Of a stretch of 64,000 nt of DNA, positions 48,136 through 57,806 are shown one piece after another. Within the stretch, counting starts at the first letter, position 1. Every line of letters begins with the position of its first letter. This DNA comes from Candidatus Helarchaeota archaeon. Lineage in GTDB: Archaea; Asgardarchaeota; Lokiarchaeia; Helarchaeales; RDOG01. Below the pieces are notes generated by a model. That model did not search any database. It worked only from the letters and a program-made list of their open reading frames with translations, and was not told the DNA's origin. Made by a program: the position numbers and the translations under genes. The stretch covers positions 524,451-588,450 of the forward strand of contig JAHPZH010000003.1 of assembly GCA_019058315.1 (NCBI GenBank), written 5' to 3'.

Positions 48136-50502
48136 ATGGAGACATATAAGTTGCCCAAAAAATTAAAATTTTTAATTATTATAGGTTTAATATTGCCATT
48201 TTTTCTATTATTTTGTTCTAATGGACCAAATTTCTATAATATTCCATTTCCTATACAAACTAATACTGCACCTAGTTTAATTAGTATGAGTTTTGAAAGG
48301 GATAATTACACAGGTTCATATAATGGCAATGCTTCGCTAATGTATACCGATTGGGGATTTGATTGGTCAACTTGGGTGGTAGACAATTACAGTGAAAATT
48401 TAATTGACCCAAATATAACCATAAATAATTATGTATATGATGTAAATTATATTGATGTCTATGCTTATTGGCTTTTTAATGGCTTTAGCAGTCATATAAT
48501 TGAAGATAATTTAACAGCAGAATCAAATGTTACTAGTTCTATTTCATTCGCACAAGGGTTTACATCACCCGAATTATTATCAATTGATGAATTATCACTA
48601 TATTTAAATTATAGCTTACCAGGTAGTGAGTTATATAGGTTTGAAGTTACAATATATGATGAAAATTTACAGGATATAATTGATTATAATGAAACTTGGG
48701 ATAATAGACAAAATGTGGCTGAATGGTATACATTTGGATTTTCTAATAATATTTTAGAGGCTGGAAAGAATTATAGCATAGTCCTCACTATATGGTTTGA
48801 TTCAAGTCAAAATTATAATTCAACTAATTTTTGGAAGACTGCTAATCACAGTGTTTCAGCAGATCAAGGCATTTCAATGGTTCATGATGGAAATATTTGG
48901 ACCCAATTACCAAATGATAATGAAACAGATTTTCTTTGTCAATTTAGTTATGTACAATTAATTGATCCTGCAGAAGTGGATTTAAAATTTATTATAGAAG
49001 ATCAAGTTTGTATTCCAAACTATCGCAAAGGTTTATATTCTGTTGGATATGAAGCATTTTATTCCTATAATTTTGTTACTCCACCAGACCATACTATTAA
49101 TATTACAGCAATTGCGAATCAATCTGTTAATTTCGCTTATATAGATATTTATCCAAGATATGTACATTTGATAAATATAACAGGAACGTTCAATACTAGT
49201 GGAAACCAAATCAATTGGAACATTCAGTATCCATATAGAGATATTAGTCTAGATCAAACATTAGATTTCTTTATGTTTGAAAACGATTGGACCTTAGAGC
49301 ATTTCTATAACCCGAGTAATGGGGAATTTGAAGATTTATTTTTTGGATCTATTAAATTATGGAATGATACATATAATGGTATAATTGATATTTGGGGATT
49401 TCCTCTTGAACAAGACATATTTACGGGAATCTACCAGTCGTCTAACTATTTTAATAGATTTTCCACAAAGATGAAACTAGCAAATGGTAGTTATATAGGT
49501 GTTGCATCCTTTCAAATAGATCAGACAATTAGGCTTGAGGCCAAATTAGTAGATTCGAATAATCAACCATTATCAGGTGGAATAGGACACATCGAATTGA
49601 TTTCTCCATTAGGGACAGTGGTTTATAATGGTACTGGTTTAAATGCAAATAATGGCACCATAAACAGTTCTGACATTCTACTTTCAAATATAGGTTCAGG
49701 GGTTTATACTATTAACTTTTTTTGGACAAATGGAAGAAAAGTTGCATACTCTTCAACCCTTATTGAAATAAGAAAAGCACCCTCTCCTCCTATTTTTTTC
49801 CCCACTAGTGAAGATAACCCTGAAACGTTAATCCTAATCATAGCTCTAATAATTGCTGCAGTAGCAACCCCAGTAGCTCTAGTAGTTCGAAGACAACTTC
49901 AATTAAGAGATTGGGAAAAATCTTGTCGTTATTTATTTATTTTATCTAAAAATGGAGTAAGTATGTATAGCCATTCGTTTGGAATTGAATTTCAAGACCC
50001 TTTATTGATTTCTGGTATGATCTCTGCAATTAGCTCGTTTATAATAGAAGTTACAGGTAGCAAAAAACCCCTTAGAACTATCGATCAAGAGGATAAGAAA
50101 ATTCTATTATCTCATGGACAATATACAATTTCTGCACTAGTTGCAGACAAGTCTCTTTCTGTAATGTATAAACATTTAGAAACCTTCCATGTAGAATTTG
50201 AAAAGACATATAGATCTTTAATTAAGGATTGGAATGGCGATACCACTATTTTCAAAGGTACCGAAAAAATTATTGACAAATACTTCCCTATGGATATGGA
50301 AGAAAAGATAATACGTGGTGTGAAAAGGAAACTCATTGAGTTCACGGAAAGAGTTACTACTATCACTGATCCACTGGACGTAATCTCGATCTTCCGTGAA
50401 ATAACTGAATTTAGTTCGAAATATCAAGTAATCATTAATAAACATTATTTAAAACAGTATGGTGAATTGCTAAAAATCGCCGAGGAAAAAATACAAAGTT
50501 AA
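48136..50502 (+). CDS. Large cell-surface protein: N-terminal TM/signal, beta-rich extracellular region, TM, cytoplasmic longin-like domain
   Basis: Many N-x-S/T sequons; Pro-rich linker then TM LILIIALIIAAVATPVALVVRR; YLFILSKNGVSMY...DPLLISGMISAISSFIIEV. Confidence 0.85.
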   Translation: METYKLPKKLKFLIIIGLILPFFLLFCSNGPNFYNIPFPIQTNTAPSLISMSFERDNYTGSYNGNASLMYTDWGFDWSTWVVDNYSENLIDPNITINNYVYDVNYIDVYAYWLFNGFSSHIIEDNLTAESNVTSSISFAQGFTSPELLSIDELSLYLNYSLPGSELYRFEVTIYDENLQDIIDYNETWDNRQNVAEWYTFGFSNNILEAGKNYSIVLTIWFDSSQNYNSTNFWKTANHSVSADQGISMVHDGNIWTQLPNDNETDFLCQFSYVQLIDPAEVDLKFIIEDQVCIPNYRKGLYSVGYEAFYSYNFVTPPDHTINITAIANQSVNFAYIDIYPRYVHLINITGTFNTSGNQINWNIQYPYRDISLDQTLDFFMFENDWTLEHFYNPSNGEFEDLFFGSIKLWNDTYNGIIDIWGFPLEQDIFTGIYQSSNYFNRFSTKMKLANGSYIGVASFQIDQTIRLEAKLVDSNNQPLSGGIGHIELISPLGTVVYNGTGLNANNGTINSSDILLSNIGSGVYTINFFWTNGRKVAYSSTLIEIRKAPSPPIFFPTSEDNPETLILIIALIIAAVATPVALVVRRQLQLRDWEKSCRYLFILSKNGVSMYSHSFGIEFQDPLLISGMISAISSFIIEVTGSKKPLRTIDQEDKKILLSHGQYTISALVADKSLSVMYKHLETFHVEFEKTYRSLIKDWNGDTTIFKGTEKIIDKYFPMDMEEKIIRGVKRKLIEFTERVTTITDPLDVISIFREITEFSSKYQVIINKHYLKQYGELLKIAEEKIQS

Positions 50503-50675
50503 AAAGACTTAAATTTTATTTTTTTTCCTTTTTTCTCCATTTTAACTTATTTTTTTGAATATATTATATCTCAATTATATTCGTATTTTTGTAGGACGGC
50601 AATACTTATATTGTTAGTCTACATAATTATATCAGTATAAAAAAAATATGTAATTTGTATTTGTAAATTATTTAA

Positions 50676-51785
50676 GTGATATTTTTGAGTGTTAAGGAAG
50701 AGAAGCTCGGGGACCTACAAGTGGTGGAACCTATAAGTGAGAGAGGTTCTTTAGTTGAGGAGAAATTGTCGATAGATTCATCGAGAGTCAATTCATTAGA
50801 CACCATGCGGGGGTACTGCGTCTTAATGATGATTGCTTGGCATTATTATTTCTTCCTTAAAGTCGATTACCTAGAAACGAATTTTTTTATTTTTTGGATA
50901 ATGAATATTATTGTTTTACCTGGCAATCCAATGTTTGTAATCGTGATGGGCGCATCGTTAGTTTTATCCTTAGAGAGACGTAAACAAAAAGGTTATAACT
51001 CGCGAGATAATATTATTCATTTGATAAAGAGAGCAATACTTTTTTTTGTTGTTCATCATGTAATGGTTATTTCCTACCTTTTATATTTTGGGCCAGTGGT
51101 TTTTCAAGTTCGCGGATTATATCCAGGTTGGATTCCTGCTCTTGGAATTAATGCCATAATTTGTTTTTTCTTAATGTATTTACGAAAGATATATCGCTTT
51201 TTTGTTATAGTAGGGATAAACATTTCATCAATTATTAATCTAATACCATATATTGGTCTTGACTTCAATAGTCTATTTTATATGATATTCGGTACCATTT
51301 TAGGTGAGCTCATAGTGGAGGCTAGAAAAAAAGGTAATGTTTCTGCTTTTCAAAAAAGGATATTCATATTAGGGATAATTCTTTTTATATTGGGAATTCC
51401 ATGTGAATTATATATCAATAGCATATATGATCTATCTTTTCCCAATACTGATGTTTTGAATAAACCTTTTTTTGCAGTCTATTCAATAGGTATTTTCATA
51501 TTAACATTTGCAGTCTTATTTCGGATACAAGATTATAATAAAAATAAAAAGCGAATTTCACATCATTTAACACTTTTTAGTTCCTTGTCTCTAACTATAT
51601 TTTATTTTCATTATGCATTAGGAACAAACTTTTTTATGCCTTTCGGCTTTGGTAACTTTTTTTCTCTTTATTCATATGTATTATTTTTAATAGCTTTTTA
51701 TATAACCCTTTATTTAATCAGTGTACTCTGGTCCAGATCTAAAAATAAATATAGTTTAGAATGGTTTATTCGTAAATTTAGTTGA
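50676..51785 (+). CDS. DUF1624/HGSNAT-like membrane acyltransferase-family protein
   Basis: RVNSLDTMRG..V.MMI.WH, PMFVIVMGASL, SLTIFYFH, SLEWFIRK; about 10 TM helices. Confidence 0.8.
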   Translation: MIFLSVKEEKLGDLQVVEPISERGSLVEEKLSIDSSRVNSLDTMRGYCVLMMIAWHYYFFLKVDYLETNFFIFWIMNIIVLPGNPMFVIVMGASLVLSLERRKQKGYNSRDNIIHLIKRAILFFVVHHVMVISYLLYFGPVVFQVRGLYPGWIPALGINAIICFFLMYLRKIYRFFVIVGINISSIINLIPYIGLDFNSLFYMIFGTILGELIVEARKKGNVSAFQKRIFILGIILFILGIPCELYINSIYDLSFPNTDVLNKPFFAVYSIGIFILTFAVLFRIQDYNKNKKRISHHLTLFSSLSLTIFYFHYALGTNFFMPFGFGNFFSLYSYVLFLIAFYITLYLISVLWSRSKNKYSLEWFIRKFS

Positions 51786-51873
51786 ATTCTCTGATTTCTA
51801 AAAAATAATTTTTAAATAGAATTATAATCTGATATTTAACAAGATTTAATTGAATTTAAGAGTCGAACTTTAA

Positions 51874-52176
51874 ATGCCCACAAAAGATGAACTTAAACTC
51901 CAAAAAGAACGGATTAGATTAACTCAACAAGCAAAGAAAGTCTTTAATGTTCAAAAGGAAATCGAAAAATTAGAACATAGAATATTAAAATATCAAAACA
52001 AATTAGAAAAAGAGCAAAGGAAGGCACAAGACATCAAAGATAATATCTATATCTTGGAAGAAAAAATAAAATTACAACAAGATAGGATACTTACATCTGT
52101 TGAAGCTGAATCTATCCCGAAAAAGAGATTAAAAGGAAAAAAAGTTAAAAGGCTGCCTGCTCCAAAGGATGATTAA
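51874..52176 (+). CDS. Small coiled-coil protein
   Basis: 100 aa, heptad-like, K/E/Q-rich. Confidence 0.7.
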   Translation: MPTKDELKLQKERIRLTQQAKKVFNVQKEIEKLEHRILKYQNKLEKEQRKAQDIKDNIYILEEKIKLQQDRILTSVEAESIPKKRLKGKKVKRLPAPKDD

Positions 52177-52181
52177 ATTAT

Positions 52182-52595
52182 TTATTTAGGTTCTTGTCTT
52201 ATTTTTCTATCATATTCATAATTCCAATCTAAATACAAAACCATATCAATTATTTTTGTAAAATCTTTAAAAACATCAATTTCTGTTAAATGGATTTTAT
52301 TTTCATACATTTTTACAAATGTACGTTGCAATGCTTTTACTTTTCTTCGAATTTCCACTTCATCGTCTTCTGTATCAATTGCAATTGCTACTACAATTTC
52401 GTCTCCTACAAAATAAAGGATTTTGATATCACCCATAACAATTGAATCTATATGTCTTTGAGTAAGCTTTTTCGAAAATGATTCAATTGCTGAAACAAAA
52501 CCAGCAAATAAAGTCTTATCTACATGGATACTACTGTAATTACGATCTAACAAACATATACCATCAATATTTAAAATCCAAACATTATGAATCAT
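52182..52595 (-). CDS. Stand-alone longin-like domain protein
   Basis: MIHNVWILNIDGICLLDRNY...DKTLFAGFVSAIESFSKKL...FVKMY. Confidence 0.85.
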   Translation of the reverse strand: MIHNVWILNIDGICLLDRNYSSIHVDKTLFAGFVSAIESFSKKLTQRHIDSIVMGDIKILYFVGDEIVVAIAIDTEDDEVEIRRKVKALQRTFVKMYENKIHLTEIDVFKDFTKIIDMVLYLDWNYEYDRKIRQEPK

Positions 52596-52604
52596 GTTTT
52601 TTCC

Positions 52605-53180
52605 TCATTCTCCTGGAGTAAATTTATTTAATTTATCTTGTAAAATTATTGCTTTATTTTTAATAATGTCAAATGCCGAGCGGGTGAACATTGTTTCTAC
52701 GACCTCACCTGTCTTGGCAGATGTCTCAAAATAATGGACCTTATGTTGCTTTGCTAATTCTATGATTTCATCAGTTTCTACTGCCCTCATTTCAAATGCA
52801 TCCAAATCAATTTTATTCCCTACAATAACAAATGGGATTTTTGCCCCGACATATTCTTTAATATCATCAATCCACTCGTTCAAATCTGTAAAAGTGTTTT
52901 TTCTAGTTACATCGCAAACCATGATTGCCCCATCAGATCCCATGAGATATGTTGAGCGGATATCTCTCCATTTACTCTGACCACCTATGTCCCAAATGAG
53001 TAATTTAATTTCTAGATTCATTTTTGGAAAATTAATTTCTTTAATTAAAAAATCAGCACCAATAGTTCCCACATAATTGTCTTTAAAATAATCCTTCACA
53101 TACCTTAAAACTAAAGATGTTTTTCCGACTCCAGGTGATCCCAGTAAACAAACTTTGAAGGCTAATCTCATAGATCGCAC
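52605..53180 (-). CDS. Rab-like small GTPase
   Basis: GSPGVGKTS, YVGTIGADF, LLIWDIGGQ, GNKID, ETSAK; no C-terminal prenylation cysteines. Confidence 0.95.
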   Translation of the reverse strand: MRSMRLAFKVCLLGSPGVGKTSLVLRYVKDYFKDNYVGTIGADFLIKEINFPKMNLEIKLLIWDIGGQSKWRDIRSTYLMGSDGAIMVCDVTRKNTFTDLNEWIDDIKEYVGAKIPFVIVGNKIDLDAFEMRAVETDEIIELAKQHKVHYFETSAKTGEVVETMFTRSAFDIIKNKAIILQDKLNKFTPGE

Positions 53181-53185
53181 AGTTC

Positions 53186-53728
53186 TTAATCGATTTTATA
53201 AATTTCAGTGTCTTTTTTATCATTTTTTTGTTTCAAGATCTTTTGTTCTTCTTTAATTTCAACTTTAGGAGGCAATTTAAAATTTTTAAAATCCGAGGTT
53301 ATTGAAGTATTTTTTTCAATTTGTTTCTTCCAATCAATTCTTTTTTTAATCAAAGGGTGAGTATTTAACAGATTTTCAACAGGATCTATAATTGTTCTAT
53401 CTTGAAATTTATTATTTTCTTCATTTATTTTCTTAAGACCAAGTGGTTTATCCTTTTGTTCGGATTTTAAGGAAGCTATTTCTCCAACATTACGGACAAT
53501 TCCTTTATCCTCTGGAGGCGCAGTTTGAACTTTAGAAATGAGATTCTCCCTATCATCTAATTGAGTTTTCCATCTTAATTTTTTTTCTAATTCGGAAGTA
53601 GGATTAAAAAAATTCAATTCCAGACCGACTTTCGTATTAGGAGAGAGATGAGAAACTACATTTGATCCAGAACAATTATTACAAATACCGTTTAAAGTAA
53701 TACTTCCACATCTTTTACAAAAATTCAT
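53186..53728 (-). CDS. N-terminal Zn-ribbon protein with a low-complexity tail
   Basis: FCKRCG...ICNNC; two similar segments LEKKLRWKTQLD / IKKRIDWKKQIE. Confidence 0.7.
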   Translation of the reverse strand: MNFCKRCGSITLNGICNNCSGSNVVSHLSPNTKVGLELNFFNPTSELEKKLRWKTQLDDRENLISKVQTAPPEDKGIVRNVGEIASLKSEQKDKPLGLKKINEENNKFQDRTIIDPVENLLNTHPLIKKRIDWKKQIEKNTSITSDFKNFKLPPKVEIKEEQKILKQKNDKKDTEIYKID

Positions 53729-53899
53729 TATAATTCACTATCATTAATTTATTGAATATTTATGAAGTTAAATAAATAAAATAACGTTCAAAATTTTTAT
53801 ACAATAAATATAAAAATTATTTCTTTATATTTTTAGTTTCTCATTCTAAGTTTTAAATTAATTGGTTGTCAAATAACTAAAATTATATATGGATTAGAT

Positions 53900-55039
53900 T
53901 TGAAGGGTAAAAATATGAAACCTGGAACATATTTTGTATTAGGAAACGAAGCTTGTGCAGAAGGAGCAATTTATGCGGGGTGCAATTTTTTTGGAGGATA
54001 TCCAATTACACCCGCAACTGAAATTGCAGAATATTTATCGATACGATTACCACAAGTCAATGGGTTTTTTTTACAGCTTGAAGATGAAATAGCTGCAATT
54101 TGTTCTATTATTGGAGCCTCTTGGGCTGGAGCTAAAGCAATGACGGCAACATCTGGTCCTGGGTTCAGTCTCATGCAAGAAGCTATCTCTTATGCTTATC
54201 ATACCGAAACTCCAGTTGTAATTGTCGAAGTTTCTAGAAGTGGACCGTCAACTGGTCAAGCTACGTACCCTTCTCAACAAGATTTTTATCAAGTTCGATA
54301 TGGTGCACATGGAGACTATGAAGCAGTTGTTTTAACTCCTTGGTCAGTTCAAGAAGCATTTGATTTTACAATAAAATCGTTTAATCTTGCGGAAACATAT
54401 CGAGTGCCAGTAATTCTAATGATGGATGGGGCGATCGGACATAGTAGAGAAAAATTGACCATTCCTGATCCAGCATCCTTAACTATTGTGAATCGAAAGA
54501 TAAAAATGGGGCATTGTGAACCATTTAAAGCAATAGATGACACATTAGTTCCCCCAATGCCATTATTTGGAAACGGATGCAACCTTTTGGTAACGGGTTC
54601 AGCTCATGAACCCTCTGGATTAAGAAATTATAATCCAAAAATCCATTCCCAAACAGTTCAGCGTATTTCTAAAAAGATTACACAAGCAACTAATAAAATT
54701 TGTGAAATTGAATCTCAATTTATAGAAGATGCAGAATATGTTATTTTGTCTTACGGAGCTTCCGCTAGATCTGCTTACGGAGCAGTTCAAAAACTTAGAA
54801 GTAAATATAAAGTTGGGTTTATAAGATTAAAAACCTTGTGGCCATTTCCGGACGAACTGCTTGAAAAGGAACTTGCTGGAAAAATTAAGTCAATTTTTGT
54901 CCCTGAAATGAATATAGGAAAAGCAGTTCGAGAAATTCAAAGAATTAATAAAACAGCTAAAATAGTTTCAATAAGTAAACTTGGTGGTTTAATTCCTTCC
55001 ATAGAAGATATAATAAAAAAATTTAAGAAAGAGGTTTAA
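53900..55039 (+). CDS. korA: 2-oxoacid:ferredoxin oxidoreductase alpha subunit
   Basis: GNEACAEGA, GYPITPATE, EDEIAA, TATSGPGFSLMQE, RSGPSTG, LWPFP, PEMN. Confidence 0.93.
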   Translation: MKGKNMKPGTYFVLGNEACAEGAIYAGCNFFGGYPITPATEIAEYLSIRLPQVNGFFLQLEDEIAAICSIIGASWAGAKAMTATSGPGFSLMQEAISYAYHTETPVVIVEVSRSGPSTGQATYPSQQDFYQVRYGAHGDYEAVVLTPWSVQEAFDFTIKSFNLAETYRVPVILMMDGAIGHSREKLTIPDPASLTIVNRKIKMGHCEPFKAIDDTLVPPMPLFGNGCNLLVTGSAHEPSGLRNYNPKIHSQTVQRISKKITQATNKICEIESQFIEDAEYVILSYGASARSAYGAVQKLRSKYKVGFIRLKTLWPFPDELLEKELAGKIKSIFVPEMNIGKAVREIQRINKTAKIVSISKLGGLIPSIEDIIKKFKKEV

Positions 55040-55041
55040 AA

Positions 55042-55833
55042 ATGGATAATCCTTCATTAATCAAAAAATATATTCGATTTACAGAAACTACATTTTGTTC
55101 TGGATGTGGAAATGGAATAATATTGAATTGTTTTATTCGAGCAGTCGAAAATTTAAAATTAGATCCGAAAAGTATTCTTTGTGTTTCTGGAATTGGTTGT
55201 TCCTCTTGGATACCTAGCCCTTATTTAAAATTGGATACATTCCACACACTTCATGGAAGGGCTATTGCGTTTGCTACAGGTGCTAAAGTTTTTAATAAAG
55301 CTCTAAATGTTGTTGTATTTACGGGTGACGGAGATGGTGCTGGAATTGGTGGTAATCATCTAATTCATGCAGCTCGAAGAAACATAGATATGACTGTTCT
55401 CTTGGTAAACAATTCGATCTATGGAATGACAGGGGGACAGTACGCCCCAACTACACCCTATAATACCTATTCTTCTACTTCAGTTTATGGAAATCCAGAA
55501 GACCCATTTGATTTATGTAAACTTGTAGAAGCTGCTGGGGCTACCTATGTAGCAAGATGGATAACTAATTATCCAAGAAAACTTATAAAATCAATTGAAG
55601 AAGCACTTTCCCATAATGGTTTCTCTTTCATAGAAATACTAACGCAATGTCCTACTGAATTTGGACGAAAAAACAAATTGAATTCATCTGTTGAATATTT
55701 CAAATATTTAAAGGAAATTACTACTTTAAAAAAAGAAATGGGGAAGATTCCTCTCGGAATTTTTGTAAAAGAAAAAAGACCAGAATTTACACAGAAAATG
55801 GATTCATTAATTGAAAATTCAAAAAAAAGTTAA
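55042..55833 (+). CDS. korB: 2-oxoacid:ferredoxin oxidoreductase beta subunit (TPP-binding)
   Basis: FCSGCG, SGIGCS, HTLHGR, GDGD...IGGNH, NNSIYGMTGGQ, QCPT. Confidence 0.93.
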   Translation: MDNPSLIKKYIRFTETTFCSGCGNGIILNCFIRAVENLKLDPKSILCVSGIGCSSWIPSPYLKLDTFHTLHGRAIAFATGAKVFNKALNVVVFTGDGDGAGIGGNHLIHAARRNIDMTVLLVNNSIYGMTGGQYAPTTPYNTYSSTSVYGNPEDPFDLCKLVEAAGATYVARWITNYPRKLIKSIEEALSHNGFSFIEILTQCPTEFGRKNKLNSSVEYFKYLKEITTLKKEMGKIPLGIFVKEKRPEFTQKMDSLIENSKKS

Positions 55834-55972
55834 AATTACACTCAAATGCGGATAACAATGTTCTATCCTTGCAAACCCATTATTAACTTTCTCGGCAGAT
55901 TTTGAGTAAGTTATTTAAGTTCTAAAATAAATTTTTCACAGTTCGAGCAATAAATTTCGATAAATATATCCT

Positions 55973-57268
55973 TTATTTTAATAATACTATATAATGGTCG
56001 TCCAAATCTTTTAATTTTACAAAAATAGGTATACGTACGACCATTAGTATTGCTGATATTAGAAATATAATCCCAATCTTGAGATTACCAGTAAATGGCA
56101 ATAAACCCGCTACAATCATTCCCAAAAGCCTTCCTAGATTATTCATCGTAATAAATAATATAAATGAGGTTGCTGCAAAATCTTTTTCAGCTGAATTCAT
56201 TGCAATAGTTAGATAAAGAATAAAAGCAGCATTTGATATTAGTCCAACTATTATACCCGCGGTATAATAATATATAGGAACTAAATTGGGTGAAAAAAAA
56301 GTTAAAAGGTAAAGTATTAAATAATGTACGGCAAAAACTATAGCAAAATAAGTTATTGATTTAATAATCCCTCTTTTTACAAACAATTTTGTAGAAATTC
56401 CCCCCAAAATCGCAAAACAAACTGAAGGTACGAAATATAAAAGTTGGGTACTGATAGTTAAACCAGAAATTCGAAAGAAGGGGTCTAGAGTAAATTCGGT
56501 GAGTCCATTATCAATATTGAGAATAAAAAACATAATAATCAAAGTTGGGATATGTTTTGATCGAATATATTTTTTTAATTTATTCATTGAAAATCTGGAT
56601 TTAGCTTGATCATTTCCATTTTCGTCAAGAAATAATACAGGAACAATTAAACTTAAACAAATTATACCGGATAATAATAAACCAAATTTAAAATTTCCAC
56701 CAATAAAAATGTCAAATTGTAATTCTGGGGTTAGGTGTAACCCTAAATGAATAGTATTTACTTCAATTAAAAAAGAAATAGGAATTAATATAAAAATACC
56801 ACTCAAATTTGCAATGTAAAATGTAATATTTGCGTTCACTTTTTCTTTAATTTCCTCGAAAGTTTCAGTAACGAGAGCATCTATTGCCACATCCATAAAT
56901 GAAATTCCTAGTGATTGTAAAACCCATAAAATTAAAAACAGATGGAGAACTTCTATGGGGTCTGCAAAGCCTAATAAAGGTAAGGTTATTCCATTTAAAA
57001 TGAATCCAAAAATCATATATGGTTTTCTTCTGCCTTTTATAGCTTTGATCGGATAGTTGTCAGTTAAAACTGCGACTAAAGGTTTGAAAATAATCGGTAA
57101 TAAAGCTACACCAGCCAAAATTGCTATGGCGAGATCTGAAAGACCTTTATAATTTTTAAGATAAACTGGCAGGATAATAAATACTATAGAATATGTTATC
57201 CCTTCAACTAAGTAAATATTTGAATATAATGTATATTTATATCCTCGATTTTCAGTAATTTTTACCAT
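55973..57268 (-). CDS. MFS transporter (AmpG/BT1-like)
   Basis: 12 TM helices; FKPLVAVLTD, GRRKPY, DVAIDAL. Confidence 0.9.
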   Translation of the reverse strand: MVKITENRGYKYTLYSNIYLVEGITYSIVFIILPVYLKNYKGLSDLAIAILAGVALLPIIFKPLVAVLTDNYPIKAIKGRRKPYMIFGFILNGITLPLLGFADPIEVLHLFLILWVLQSLGISFMDVAIDALVTETFEEIKEKVNANITFYIANLSGIFILIPISFLIEVNTIHLGLHLTPELQFDIFIGGNFKFGLLLSGIICLSLIVPVLFLDENGNDQAKSRFSMNKLKKYIRSKHIPTLIIMFFILNIDNGLTEFTLDPFFRISGLTISTQLLYFVPSVCFAILGGISTKLFVKRGIIKSITYFAIVFAVHYLILYLLTFFSPNLVPIYYYTAGIIVGLISNAAFILYLTIAMNSAEKDFAATSFILFITMNNLGRLLGMIVAGLLPFTGNLKIGIIFLISAILMVVRIPIFVKLKDLDDHYIVLLK

Positions 57269-57395
57269 TTTTTTTTCCTTTTCTATTTTTTGTCCAAATA
57301 GTCGAAAAATATTTTATTGATTACAGATTTAAAATATAAATTTAATTGAAGAAAAAAAATTTAATTTAATGAAAAGATTTCTATCACCCTGGTAC

Positions 57396-57806
57396 CTATC
57401 CTATTTCTTTCTTTTCAGCAGATTGGCGAGTCAAGAGTAGAATCTTATTGTTATACAAAACAGAGATCCTGCTATCCATTTTCAGATCGAGTTCTTTACG
57501 AATATCCTTTATCAAGTATATTTTAGCTCTTTCATCGATTTTTAAATCAGCAACTTTAAAAGGATTTCCTATGGATTCTTCAATTTCGTTTAGAAGTTCA
57601 AGATTTTTACTCTTAGATAATTCATTATCCAATTCTTTTGTTAAATCAACTTGTCCGTTTAAAATCATGGATTTTCGTATTTTTTCTAAAAGTTGGTTCT
57701 GTCTTTTTAATTGCTTAATAATGTTGTTAAAAATTACCAATGAAATTGATTTATCCAAAATAACACCCTTTTTAGCGATCTTCGTCTCCTTTTCTAATAT
57801 TGACAT
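57396..57806 (-). CDS. AbrB/MraZ-like swapped-hairpin DNA-binding domain protein
   Basis: C-terminal LKIDERAKIYLIKDIRKELDLKMDSRISV; overlaps the upstream gene. Confidence 0.65.
   Translation of the reverse strand: MSILEKETKIAKKGVILDKSISLVIFNNIIKQLKRQNQLLEKIRKSMILNGQVDLTKELDNELSKSKNLELLNEIEESIGNPFKVADLKIDERAKIYLIKDIRKELDLKMDSRISVLYNNKILLLTRQSAEKKEIG

Noticed and set aside
55836-55970. Short minus-strand CxxC-containing frame (IEIYCSNCEKF) after the MFS gene
   Set aside because: Too short and without a start codon; cannot be distinguished from chance
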